Source of the DNA: Vicugna vicugna
Lineage: Eukaryota
Reading direction: 5' to 3'
Assembly: GCA_013265495.1 (NCBI GenBank)
Contig: MU058198.1
Location: forward strand, 7,207,779 to 7,271,778
Length of the DNA: 64,000 nt
In this document: positions 35,701-48,066 of the stretch, one piece after another
Numbering within the stretch: the stretch's first letter is position 1
Layout of the letters: each line of letters starts with the position of its first letter
Position numbers and translations under genes: made by a program
The notes under the pieces: generated by a model
Seen by the model: the letters and a program-made list of their open reading frames with translations, nothing else
Database searches by the model: none
What the model was told of the DNA's origin: nothing

Positions 35701-38700
35701 AACAAGTTCCCTGTGATGCTGATGCTGCTGGTCAGTGGACCACACTTCCTGTAGCAATGAGCAGAGGAGGAGATCGTATTTTATATTTTGTACCCAAGAG
35801 AAGGGAGATTCTGGCAGCTATAAGAGTCCAGGGGAGGGAGACAAGCTGTGTAGGTGACCTCAAACTTGTCAGTGAGCTAGAACTGCATCATGGCTGAGAG
35901 AAGAGGTGTTTTGGACAATGAGAGAATTTCCGTTCAAACCCTGGCTGTGCTGACTGATTAACTGTAGGGCCTTGGTAGTCACTTACTTCTAAGTCTTATA
36001 TCCTTATTTTAAAATGAAGTTAATGATACCTAACCCAAAGAGTTGTGAGAATTTAAAAAAAGGACATAGGTGAAAAGCACTTAGCATCATTCCTGGCACA
36101 CAGTGTGCAATAAATGGGAGTGTTATTATTATTAGAAAAGTAATGGCTGAGGAGGAAACTGCGATGTTTGCCCTGGTTTAAAAAAAAAAAACTAAAGCAG
36201 AAAGACAAAACCACTAACTTTAAATACCTGGATTATCATATTACTGTACTGCATTGTATCCCCATGGTACCCTCTTGTTACAGTGCAAATACCCTTTATT
36301 CTCATTTTCAAATCTAACAGCAGTAGAATTTAAGTCTGGTATTTGCTGAGCTTCAGTCACATAATATGGCTCACCTGTTGTGCTCTTTCATTCAGTGCTC
36401 TTCTTCAGATAGATTCACATTGTTTTGTTAAATAAATTTACCTTCATCTGAATAACAATATTGATGAAATTGTTGGTTTTGTGATCCATTGTTTTCCTAA
36501 TACCTGTGAAAATAATGATTATAGTAAGATAAATGTTTGCCTACATAACCCTTAGAATCCTTTTGCATTCTGTTAAGTGCATACCTCAAGTCGGGAAATT
36601 TCTGCCTCACCTAGCCTAGCCTTCCTTGGTTCACTGAGGCAGGGGAAGGGAGGAACTTGCCTGGGGTCTTAATGAGCTAGACTCAGCCCCTCTTACCAAG
36701 ATTCTTCCTTGCAGAAGGAAGTGGCGCCCTTCCTAGAGCTGGAGATACCAAGGGTACTTGTGTGAAGAATCTCTTTTTCCCCAAGTCAGTGAACACAGCA
36801 TAAGGAAGTTCTCAGGCTGGTCAACTCAAAATAAACCCAATAGATGTCAAAACCAGGGCAAGACTGAAAGTGTGACCTTGAATTCAGACTGTGCCAACTC
36901 TGCTGTGGGGAGTTTCTCGATTTAAAGTATCAAGTTATATTTTAACCTTGAATCCCTCTTGGAGAGCGCCAGGCATCTGGAGTCCAGCCTTTGTCATATC
37001 TTGGCAAGCAAGTACCGGGAAGCAATGTAGCCGACTGCTAAGGGTGAGAATGTTAAAGTGGGTCCTGACTCCGACTGGCTAAGTGAATTTAATCTCTCTG
37101 AGCTCAGTTTTCTCAATTACCAAAAGATAACACCTGATTCAAAGGGGTGGCAGGAAGATTTAACACAATAATGTACATAAAATAGCATTGTCAAAGCTTT
37201 ACAGTGTAATGCTGTTATCACCATTAGCATTATGTACACTGTGTAAATCAGAGTTCCCTTGACTGGTCACTCATTTTCCAAACTGCCTAGTTTTCAAATT
37301 TCTGAGTTGGTTACCAGAAAGCTGCTGTCTTTTTACAACGGATCTTGAAGGCCCATCCTTGCAACTTTAGAAAGAAAAGTTCTTACCATCCCTAGTTGTC
37401 CCTTACTCTGTCTTAACTTGTTCTCTTGTCTATAAGAGAACAGTGATAATTACTCGGTGGAGATGGAATATGAGGAGAAAGAAGCTAACACTGTCTTGTC
37501 CTTAATATGTGCCCAGTTTTTCACTTGGTCACTAGTCAATATATACCTGATTGCGATTGTTTGGCCCACGTTAGACTCAGCAACTCCAGGATGAGCCTTC
37601 TCTTTACTAAGAAGGAAGCAATGTGCCCTCAATATTCCTCTTCACTCTACTGTTAGTGCAAACTGTTTTCCCTTCATCTGCTTCTTACAAAGCATTTCTT
37701 CTTCTGATTTTATCTCTAGAGGGCCAGACCTTATGAAACTGGCACATTTTCATATTTTTCCATTTTATGCCTCAGATTAATATTTAGGTTTTACCCTTGC
37801 TGCCTGTTTCACAGCTTTAAAAAATGATAGGTGCTCGCTCTTGAGCCCGGACTTGATCCTGGCCTGGCTTTGAAGATACCATGCTCTCCTGGCTCTCTTA
37901 CCTCACTGGCTGCTTCTGCTCAGTCTCCTTTACTGGCTGCTCCTCATCTTGCTGCCCCAAGTTCTCTCTGCCTATTCCCTGAGTAATCTCATCCAATCTC
38001 ATGACTTTAAAAACCATCTACAGGCTGATGTCTTCCCAGTTAACATCTCCAGCCTGGGCCTCTCTCCTGAGCTCCAGATGTGGTGAGGAAAATTGGAGAT
38101 AAGGTCAGAAACAGATCACAGGTACCAACCTGGTCCTCCCACCATCCTCATCTCTGTAGACAGCAACTCCACCTTTGCAGTTGCTAATAAGCTTAAAAAA
38201 TTTGGAGTCATTTCAACCCCTTTTTCTTTACATTTCTTATCTGTTATCAAATTTGTGGCTTCAAACTGCAAAATATATCCAGAAGCAGACCACCTTCAGT
38301 TTCCACCTATGTCACCTGGGTCCGAGCCACTATCTTCTCTTGACTGCAGTATAGTAGCCTCCTCACTGGGTTCCTACCCTCTCCCGTCCTTCATTCTGTG
38401 GGACTTTTAAAAATATGAGTCTGATCTGTTTGTGTCCTTGCTCAAAACCATCTAACATCTCTTCTAATGGTTCCTCATCTCATTCACATTCAAGGCCCTA
38501 TGCTAAAATATCCCCCCACCCCAGGACCACTCACCCTCCTGCATTCTGCCCTAGGCACTTCTTGTTATTCCTGGAACAGAAAAACTCCTGCCTCAGGGCC
38601 TTGCTGTTCCCGCAGTAGCTTGCTCTTTTACCTCCTTTAGGTCTTTGCTCTTGTGACATCAGTAAGGTTTCTTAACAACCCTACTTAAATTTGCAGCATC

Positions 38701-39845
38701 CTCCCAATACAAGCACTCCTATCCATTCTCACTGAAAGCTGGAATTTTTTTTTTTTATTTAATGCTGAATCCCCAATGTCTAGAACAGAGTCTGGCACAT
38801 TGTACGCGCTCAATAAATACTGTATTAATAAAGAACAGCTAGAATGACACTAAGCATTGTGATGTGCGTTAATGGCTAATCTCACTTAACGCGCACAACC
38901 GTCCTAAGAGGCAGGCACCGTGGCATTTCCTACTTTACAAACGGGGACGGAGAGGTTGCAGCTTGCGGAGCCCCACGTTTCTGGCTCCCAGGCCTCTCGG
39001 TCAGGGCTGACCTGTCGCCCCTCTCCCCGCAGGTCCCGAGCGAGGCGCCAGCGCCGTCGGCCGACCCGGCGCGCCCACACGCGTGCCCGGACTGCGGCCG
39101 CGCCTTTGCGCGCCGCTCAACGCTGGCCAAGCACGCACGCACGCACACGGGCGAGCGGCCCTTCGCGTGCACCGAGTGCGGCCGGCGCTTCTCGCAGAAG
39201 TCGGCGCTGACCAAACACGGCCGCACGCACACAGGCGAGCGGCCCTACGAGTGCCCGGAGTGCGACAAGCGCTTCTCGGCCGCCTCGAACCTGCGGCAGC
39301 ACCGGCGGCGCCACACTGGCGAGAAGCCGTACGCATGCGTGCACTGCGGCCGCCGTTTCGCGCAGAGCTCCAACTACGCACAGCACTTGCGCGTGCACAC
39401 GGGCGAGAAGCCGTACGCGTGCCCGGACTGCGGACGCGCCTTCGGCGGCAGTTCGTGCCTGGCGCGCCACCGACGCACGCACACGGGCGAGCGGCCGTAC
39501 GCATGCGCCGACTGCGGCACGCGCTTCGCGCAGAGCTCGGCGCTAGCCAAGCACCGGCGCGTGCACACAGGCGAGAAGCCGCACCGTTGCGCCGTGTGCG
39601 GCCGCCGCTTCGGCCACCGCTCCAACCTGGCGGAGCATGCGCGCACGCACACGGGCGAGCGCCCCTACCCGTGCGCCGAGTGCGGCCGCCGCTTCCGGCT
39701 CAGCTCGCACTTCATCCGCCACCGTCGCGCTCACATGCGGCGCCGTCTGTATATCTGCGCGGGCTGCGGCCGGGACTTCAAGCTACCCCCTGGCGCTACA
39801 GCCGCCACTGCCACTGAACGCTGCCCAGATTGTGAGGGCAACTGA
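32782..39845 (+). CDS. ZNF771: Zinc finger protein 771 (acidic N-terminus, 8 C2H2 fingers), 317 aa
   Basis: Exons 32782-32922 and 39033-39845 (954 nt). Protein [18 protein letters not shown]...[26 protein letters not shown]...CPDCEGN*. AATAAA at 40076-40081. Confidence 0.94.
33890..33906 (-). promoter_or_regulatory. CTCF motif
   Basis: CCACTAGGGGGCAGC on the - strand matches the CTCF core consensus. Confidence 0.7.
34075..34300. mobile_element. MIR SINE (one of many; others at ~4090, ~4560, ~25370, ~35910)
   Basis: MIR core: TTACCAGCTGTGTGAACTTAGGCAAG...CTCTTTGTGCCTCAGTTTTCT...GTAAA. Confidence 0.65.
35610..35757. mobile_element. MER5A-like hAT DNA transposon fossil
   Basis: ATCACCCAGGGATCTTGTTAAAATG...GATTCAGTAGGTCTGGGGTGG...TTTTAACAAG...GATGCTGATGCTGCTGG...GGACCACACTT. 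Confidence 0.75.
37865..38830. mobile_element. Ancient L2 LINE fragments (approximate limits)
   Basis: Same L2 motifs (CTCTCTCCTGAGCTCCAGA, CAAAATATATCCAGAA, GCTCAATAAATAC). Confidence 0.55.
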
Positions 39846-42060
39846 GCCGCCGTTCTTGTCGCCGCGGGGTCTGGTTGGGGAGGGACATACTGGGACCCAG
39901 GCCTGGGATGCGTTAGCGTGGACGACGACTCCTCACCCCGCCACCCGGGACTGGGATCGGGTGGGATGGCAGTCTTGGCTGCCCTGGAACTGGGAGACAG
40001 GGAGAATCCCCCGCCGAGGTTCCTGGAAGCCGTGCCCACCTCCCCCTCATTACATCCCCTCCGTCCGTGTTAGTGAATAAAATATTATATCCTCACCCTA
40101 CCTGTGCCTGTGAATGAGGTGAGTGGGGACAGGAGGAAAGTTGAAGGTTTCTTCAGGCTTAGGTGAACTGTCGTGGAGCCAACTAGGGCTATAAGCCCCA
40201 AAGGGTTTCTGGAACTGCGTTTCTGCGTGTGGTGGAGTCATCCTGCACTCGGCCCTTGGCTATGTCCTCAAAACCTCAGATCTGGAAGGGTCCATATGTT
40301 TAGCATATGCGTGATCAACAAGCACTGTATTCTGCAGAGCTTTGGCGAGCGGCGTGAACCTCACAGAATTCAGTCTAGTGAAGAAGTAGTCTTCATAGCA
40401 CTAGAGAAGCTCTTCTCAGAGGTGATATTTAAGCTGGTCTTAAGAGCATTTTGGGGTTGGGGAAATATGGAGAGCCCCTGAAACTGCATGCCAGACTTGT
40501 TAGAGCTTGCAGATGTCCCCTGGGGTGGAATGTAGGGACAGAAAGCAAAGAGGTTGGCAGGAGAGACCACTAAGGAACTTGGAAGCCAGTTAAAGGTTCC
40601 AAGGCCGCAAAGAAGCCTTGAGAGATTAGAGGGGAGGGGTGGATCTGGCATATTTTTAAGGAGCTAGAATTCATAGGAGTTAAAGTGGCTGTGGGGATAA
40701 GGGAATGGAAGAGTGGGGCTGACTTCATTTCTTAGCTTGGGGGACTGCAGGTAGTGTCCCTGAGATGGCACAGGATGAGGAGCAGGACAGGACTTGAAGT
40801 GGCAGCAATTGTTACACCCTTATCTGGACATGTTGAGTGTGATTAAATGTGGAGGGGTCAGGGAGGTGATGGGAAATAGCAGCTTGGGGATATTAGGTCT
40901 GGAGGGCATGGCACCACGTTCAGAAGGGGGTCCTTGAGAACTTGAGTCTGTGAAAGAACAGCCAGCGGCAGAAAGAAAACCAGAAGTGTCTTGTCTGGGA
41001 AATCTAGAGGCAAGTGTTTCACGGAGGAAAACAGCTCAGTCAACTGATGCTCTGGTGTCCACTGTGTATGTATGAATTTGGGGAAAGTGGTGTGGACAGT
41101 TTTAGTGGAGGGGTTGGGGTGAAAGCCAGCTTTGAGTGGATTAGGGTATAAATGGGATAAAGAGTAAGCAGAATGGATCCGTGTAGACGACCCTTTTCAA
41201 GAAGTTTGGGCATGAAAAGCATGAGGGAAGGAGCTGGAGTTCTGCTGGTTTTGTTTGTCAATAGGGAAGAGACTCATGTGCTGGTGGGAAGGGCTAATGG
41301 AAAGGAAGTAATTATATAGAAAGGAGATGAGATAATTGATCAAGGAGACAGGATTAAATAAGAGATCAATAAGAGATCAATAAGATAAGGCTCCTATCAC
41401 TGGTAGGGAGAGGAAAGGAGGGTTTGGGAACATAAAGCTAAAGCAGTTCCAATCTGATGGATCCTTTTTTACCTGGGAAATAAGAGAGGTCACTGGTTAA
41501 GAGAGAGTGAGGTCATTAATAAGAGGAATGAGGCCAGTAACGGAAGTGCTTCATTTTACTGATGTGGAAACAGGCTCAGAGGGGAAGCAAAAGTAGTTTA
41601 ATGGTCTTCCCTGCGTTACCCTACCCTGTGAAGGAGGCAGGCCATGGGTATCTCAGTAAAGGAGATACGTCTGAGGTCACACAACACTTTTCTTTAGGTG
41701 TAGAAGTGGAACAAGAAATTGACCTTGGGAGGGCAGGAGAGGGGCAAGGGGCTCAAGCCCCGGAGAGAGGAAGCCCTGTTCTGCTCCAGACCAGGTGGAC
41801 CTGACCCTGATTTGTGCTGGGAGCCAAGGGAGAGGGACAGAGGGGGCTCACAGGGCTGGGGTCTTGATGGACAAGGCTGGGGCCTGCCCTAACTGTTGAT
41901 ATTTCCTGCTCTGGCCTCCTGAAAGCTTTGAGTTGAAAAGCAAACATAAGAACAACTGCACACTTAGGAAATACCTAGTATGTGCCAGGCACTGGCCTAA
42001 GCACTCTTCTTACAGTAACTCGCTTAAATCTGACAGCCCTATCAAGTAAATACCACTCTT

Positions 42061-42257
42061 TCCTTTTCTTTTTTGTTTTTGTTTGAGTAAAGGTAGATTT
42101 ATTCAGAGAGATACATACTCCATGGATAGAGTGCAGGCTGTTACAGAAGGCAAGAGAAAGGCCACGAGGTGTGGGGGTAGGGTGTCTAGTTTAAAGTAAA
42201 AGTAGTTACACACTCCATAGACAAGAGTGTGATCCCTCTCAGAAGGGAGAGCGGCCC
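42061..42257 (-). mobile_element. Poly-A-tailed retroposed fragment, probably an ERV LTR transcript 3' end, inserted in a MIR
   Basis: On -: internal ~50-nt duplicated motif, AATAAA, then CA and an A-rich tail. MIR-like sequence resumes on both sides. Confidence 0.55.
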
Positions 42258-42759
42258 ATTCTTTTCATTTTAAATGAGGAAACAGAGATACAGAAAGATG
42301 AAGTAATATAATGAACATGAACCACTCTCAAAGATAGCTCCAGAATCTGGGCTCTTAACCAACACTACATATGGTCTCCAATCTTGTTTAGAGAAAGGGA
42401 AGAGACTTGCATGAGATCAGACAGGGACCTTACTGGAAATCAGGTCTCTCTGCTCTGCAGGAGGGAGGTACAACAGAGAATCGTGGGAGCTGGCCTCCCT
42501 GGGGTCCCTCCACAGCCTGTGCTGAGACAGAGACTCCCTGGCTGCTCCAGGAAGAATCCAGAAGTTGCTAACCAAAACTTGTACTGAGAAACAAAATAAT
42601 CAGGAGGTTATCTTCTGGAAGTTCTTGGGCCTCAGACCTCAAGAAGTGTAGACCCCATGCCCATGGTCTGCTAGGAAAGGTCTAGAATGAAGTTCCATGG
42701 CCAGGGCACCCTCTGCTCCTCAGATGCCGTGCTGGGTCGGAGGTTCTGTGCCTACGTCT

Positions 42760-45533
42760 CTAGGTTGGGGCCTGACCTGCAGACTCACAGGCAAGGTCTG
42801 CAGGCCTCACAGTCTGGTCTTCAGAGGTGGCCTCGTGGGGCAAGTCTGTATACTTGCGGGCGGAGCCGCGGGACAGATGTGCTGGGTAGCGTTGCCGGTT
42901 GGTGTCCATCTTGGAGAGCACTGCTTGGGGCAGGTCTACATGGCAGCGGGCTGCTAATGCTACCAGGTAGATGAGGACATCACTAAGCTCCTCTTGAAGT
43001 GCTGCTCGTTCCCTGGGGGACCAGGCTTGAGGGCCAGGCTCCTCATCGGGCTTCCACTGACTGGGGAGAGAACACATAGGCACACATGCATAGACAGTAA
43101 CCAGGACAATGGGTCCACCTCTCTTAGGTGCACCCTAGTTCTTGCAGCAGTAAACTCCCACCTCCTGGGAAATTCCTCCGAGGACAACTCAACTCATCTG
43201 GGCTCTGACTTTTCATGGGCCCCAACAGATGACTCACCCAGACCTCTGTGTTCCAAACCTGAGCCAAGTAGCCATGAGAACATGTCGCTTACTGCAGCCC
43301 AGTTCTGCTCCCCACCCCCCGCTGGAGCCCTAGACTAAACCTCAGACCCGGACCTCTGAGGAAGCCTTCTAACATCGTCATGCCTCTTGCCCTGTGCCAT
43401 CTTTTAAAAGCACAAATTACATTTTGTCCCTTCGCTGCTTAAAACTCCCTCAACTGTGCTTGGAATAAAATCCAAACTCCTACCATGCCCTCTAGGTCCT
43501 ACATGAATTGACTCCTGCCTCTTCCAATGTCATTGTCCACCACTCTCCCTTTGACTCCCCACCTAAAGCCACTCTGGCCCTTTCTGTCTTGCAGAGAGGC
43601 CAAACTGTCACAGGGCCTTTGCACTTACTGTTACCTCTGCCTTGAATGCTCTTCCCCCCATCCTTCCCATGGCTGGCTGCTACTCAGGTCTCAGCTCAGA
43701 TGTCATGTCCCCAGAAAAGCCTTCTCCCTCTGTTATTTTCCTTCTCATCACCTTGTGTTATTTTTCCACATAGAATTTGTCACCAGTCCATATCTTTTAA
43801 AATTGGTTTGATTATTTATTGTCAGTTCCCTTGCACTGTGATGTAGGAACTTGTCTGTCTTGTTCAAGGCCGTATCTCGATCCTAGAATACCTAGCACAC
43901 ACATGATGCTCCCGAATCTGTAATGAACGAATGGCTTGCCCTCACAGACATTTGTGCCCTCATTTCTTCACCCAACAGTGACTGCCCAGCTTAGGCCTCA
44001 CCACCTTTTGCCGGATCTACACCAGCCTCCTCACTGGTCTCCCCTGGCTCAATTCTCTTGGTGATCCAATCCACCCTGAAGACATAGTGATATTTCTACC
44101 ACTCAAATCTGGTTAGGTCTTCAGTATAAACTCTATTACTTCCCAATCCTGATTCTGTGTTCCAACCTAGCGCTCTCCTCCACAGCTACAGCAGATATAT
44201 ATTGAGTGCCTATTGTGTGCCAGGCACTTCGGATGGACCAGAGAACAAAATATACACAATCCTTGCCCTTCCTCGAAAAACTTACACTGAAGGAATCTTA
44301 AACTCTCCCTTAATTTAACTTGCCCTTTCCTACTTCGCTACCTTTGCAAATGTAGTTCCCCCTGTCTGAAATGCCATAGGCAGGTCTCCTATAGAATCCT
44401 TTCCAACCCAGAGGCAGAGGTAAAGGAAGGTTCCACCACCTCTTCTTAGACCTGGATCTGCCTTGCTGTTTTCACAATTTTCCCAGGAGCCTGGACAGCC
44501 CTAGTGGGCAGGGACCCATTAGCCATCTCTGTATCCCCAGCAACCAGACACAGAACTTGATAGTGAGGAGGGGAAATTGCATCCTGGGATATTTGATGGT
44601 CACATAAATCCTCCCCAACAGACAGACTTTCATCTACTCACAAAAGCTCCGCCAGCTCCCCTACTTCCCCCACCAAGGCCAGGAGGAGGTTCCGAGGCTT
44701 ATGGAACTGGTCCCAGTCTCGTTCAGCAGCAAACTCAGCATGGAGGCGGCGGCTAGAAGAGGAGGAAAAGGGTAGAAGTCCAGGTCCCAAGGTTAGCGGG
44801 TAGGGCAGAAGATGCAGAACCCAGGCAGGTACCTCAGTGATATGTAATGGGGACATGGGTAGCAGAGAGGATTCTGCAACTAATTCCTTGGATGGCCTAA
44901 GCAAGTCAGTTGTCTTTAGGGTACTTGGTTTCCTTATCTATAAAATGGGTGCGCCCTTACACAGACCCTAAACTATCGAAATCTAACAATACCTTCTTTT
45001 CCGTTATTCCACCTCCTGCTGGGGCTTCTGCAGTTTCCTCCACCTAGAATATCCCTATCTCTGCATATCTAAAGCCTATTGATTTTACAGAATGCAGAAC
45101 CAAGACACTTCCCCTAAGAAGCCCTCCTTGATTTCCTCCAGCAGTAAATGTCTCCCACCTCTTAGCACTACATTTGCCCCCGTCCTACGTCTCGTTCCTG
45201 GAGGGCAGAGGCAAGGCAGAAGCAGCATTTGACTCCGGTATTCCCCGCCTCAGGTGTGCACTGTTAATCCCATTTTCCAGATAAGGAGGTTAGAAGCCTT
45301 GCCCGAGGTCAGGGAGCAGAGCTGAGACCCCAGCACAGCTGCTAGCTTTCTTGCCGACCACGTGGACGGACCCTCCCCAGTAGGAAGGAGAAAGGGGGCG
45401 ATCTCCCCAGCCCAGACGGGGCAAGGACGGCTTACATGTCCTCCAGCGTGGGTTCAGAACTGAAACTGAAGGGGCCGGCAGAAGCAGTGCCCTCTCCCTC
45501 CGTGTCCCCACGCCTCTCCTCACCAGCTGACAT
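42760..45533 (-). CDS. DCTPP1: dCTP pyrophosphatase 1 (MazG family), 169 aa
   Basis: Exons 45533-45436, 44752-44642 and 43060-42760 (510 nt). Protein ...EPTLEDIRRLHAEFAAERDWDQFHKPRNLLLALVGEVGELAELFQWK...LQEELSDVLIYL, containing the MazG EXXE...EXXD motif. Confidence 0.95.
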
Positions 45534-45589
45534 GCTGCCCACCACACAGCAGTCGGGACTGCCTGGGAGAACCTGGGTCCAAGCTCAGA

Positions 45590-45920
45590 GCCCCCGCCTC
45601 CGGAGCCCCAGACCAATCACAAGCATTCACGATTGCTTCATGGGGGCGGAGCCGAAGGAAAGACCAATTGTTTACGTGGAGTTTACTACAGCCTGCCCCT
45701 TACCGGGCCTGGACCAACCTAAGAGAACTTCAGGCCTGCTTTCCTAGGCTCTGGCCCCTGAATTCTTGAGTCTGGACCGAGCGTCTTAAAGGTGTATGTA
45801 CCAGATTCTAGCAGGGGAAGAGACAAAAGGTCAGGCAGAGGGCGAAAGAGCGCAGGCGCATCACTTCCCTTTTGGACGCCAGATGGCGCCAAAGCAAAAT
45901 GAGTGGGCGGGGAGCCCCGT
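45590..45920 (-). promoter_or_regulatory. DCTPP1 promoter (CCAAT, GC box, NRF1, CTCF/YY1-like)
   Basis: CCAAT at 45613 and 45664, GGGGCGGAG at ~45643, GCGCAGGCGCA at 45850, CGCCAGATGGCGCC at 45877. Confidence 0.65.
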
Positions 45921-46806
45921 GGAGAACCCCAGAAACGAAGCGTTTAAACAAGAAAGGGGAATTTAGTAAGAGGATAGAGGAATGTCTCTAGAATAGAGCT
46001 GGGCCTTAGGAATGACCTAGAACTAAAGTAGCTGTTTCAAGCACTTTACATACTTAATCCTCACACAACTCATTCAGCCCTCACAACAACCCTCTGAGGT
46101 AATCATCATCCTCACTTTACAGATAAGGAAACTGAGAGATGGAGTAATCTAACTCAACAGCTAGTAAAGCGGTAGCCAGGTTTCAAATTCAGGCAGTTTG
46201 GCTTCAGAGTCTGTGTTAATCCCTATGTTGTCTCAAATGGTGATAAAGTACTATGAAAAAGATTTTTCAATCTACAATATTTAAATACTATGAAAAGTGG
46301 GGGCAGCTTTAGACTACATGATCCAGAGAAGATGGGGTAAGTAAGAACTGCTGGTTACCTACTCAACTGCCCTTTCCCCTCCTCTATTCTTGGCAGAACC
46401 ATGATGCTGTTCTAGGGTCCACTCTCCTCTGCTTGATTGATCATGTGACCCCCATTATCCTGGCCATTGATCAGTTTTATCTGTGAACATGTGGCCCAGT
46501 TCTTGACAATAGAATTTAGAAGAAATCTGTTGGAGACTTCTGGAAAAGTTTCTTAGTTCTTTTTTTTGAAAAGTCACAGGATGTTTCTGCTTTTAGATGT
46601 TGGTATGTGAGGATCAGATTGTGATGAGAGCTAGCCCACAAGTTGAGACTGGTAGACAGCAAGATAGAAAGGACCTATCCATTATTTTTACAAGTTACAG
46701 AGGTGCCCTGATTTAGGACTCTGATTATGTAAAATAATAAATCCCTTTATTGGTCATATGACTTTTAGTTAGTTTTCTGTTACTTGTCTTTGAGCAAGTG
46801 ACATTT

Positions 46807-47216
46807 TTTTCTTTTGTTTTCTTTTTTTTAATTTCTGAATTTATTTTACAATATCATATTTTTTAAAGTGAAGCATATTTGAGGTACAATATTATATGTT
46901 ACAGGTATACAATATAATAATTCACAATTTTTAAAGGTTATACTCCATTTATAGTTATTATAAAATATTGGCTATATTCCTTGTAAAATACATCCTTGTA
47001 GCTTTTTTTTAGCTTTATGTTTTATTTATTATTTAATTATTTTATTTTGGTCAGGGGAGGTAACTAGGTTTATTTGTTTTTAGAGGAGTTACTGGGGATT
47101 GAACCCAAGACCTCATGCGTGCTAAGTAAGCACTCTACCACTTGAGCTATACTCTCACCCCCCTTGTAGCTTACTTTATACCTGATAGTTTGTACCTCTT
47201 AATCCTCCACTTTCAT
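46807..47216 (-). mobile_element. L1 3'-end fragment with TSD, itself interrupted by a SINE
   Basis: Poly-T plus L1 3'UTR-like sequence, flanked by AGCAAGTGACATTT at 46793 and 47217. Confidence 0.75.
47005..47161 (-). mobile_element. tRNA-Ala-derived SINE (Vic-1-like)
   Basis: On -: GTATAGCTCAAGTGGTAGAG...TTAGCACGCATGAGGTCTTGGGTTCAATCCC plus an A-rich tail. TSD CCTTGTAGCTT at 46994 and 47162. Confidence 0.85.
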
Positions 47217-47971
47217 AGCAAGTGACATTTAAGCTGAGCAAAAATCAAGGGGAATAGAATTCTAGGTAGAGAGAACGCCAATGCTTAAAGCAGGAAAGGC
47301 TTGGCATGTTCTAAAGACAAAAATAATTCCAGTGTGGCAGGAATATAGTGAAGATGGGGGAGAATGGTGGGATATGGTGTTGGAGAAGTTAAAAGAGATG
47401 AGATCAGATCAATCAGCCATGGACTTTATTTTATATTTTATTTTATTTTCTATTCTAAGTATTATGGAAACGCTTTGGAGGGTTTTAGGCAGGGGAGCCA
47501 TGTGATTGTATTTTGTATGTTTGAGCCCTCTGGCTGCTGTGTTAGGAATGAATTGGAGGAGGGCAAGAGTAGAAGCAGGGAGATGAGTTACGGCTGTTGT
47601 CCAGGAAAGAGATGATGGTGACTTGGGCCAGGCTGATGGTGGGTGAAGATGGAGAGAAGTGGATGCCTATTTTGGAGATAGACCTATAAGCTTTGTTGGT
47701 TTTTAACAAGTGAGATGGGAGAAAGGGTAGAATCAAGCATGGCTTACAGGATTTCAGTGTTGAGCAATTTGGTGAATGGATGGTGACTCATACTAGGATG
47801 AGGAAGATGAGGTGCAAAATTGAACACATGTAGCATTAGAACTGTGTTTTAGGACAGAGGAAGTTGAAGATGCATACCAAGTTGGCAGAAGGATTTATGA
47901 GCCTAAGGTTTAGAGAAGAGATAAGGGCTAGAGAATCAGTTTCGGTAGTCTCAGTCATTTAAACAGTACTT

Positions 47972-48066
47972 AGAGGGTGGGTATAGCTCAGTGGTAGAGT
48001 GTATGCTTAGCATGCACGAGGTCCTGGGTTCAATCCCTGGGACCTCCATTAAAAAATAAAATAAAT
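47972..48066 (+). mobile_element. tRNA-Ala(AGC)-derived SINE (Vic-1-like)
   Basis: GGGTATAGCTCAGTGGTAGAGTGTATGCTTAGCATGCACGAGGTCCTGGGTTCAATCCC...CTCCA plus an A tail. TSD TAAACAG[T/C]ACTTA. Confidence 0.88.

Noticed and set aside
38920..40080. Alternative-frame and antisense ORFs over ZNF771
   Set aside because: Shadow ORFs caused by extreme GC3. Only the frame ending at 39845 encodes zinc fingers.
41358..41390. Short tandem duplication (ATAAGAGATCA)x2-3
   Set aside because: Local slippage within old repeat sequence, with no spacer structure or functional evidence.
40100..42000. Possible snoRNA downstream of ZNF771
   Set aside because: I could not recognise H/ACA or C/D structure by eye. 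An Infernal/Rfam scan would be needed.
47972..48048. Functional tRNA-Ala gene
   Set aside because: The A-rich tail, TSD, imperfect stems and multiple dispersed diverged copies indicate a SINE.
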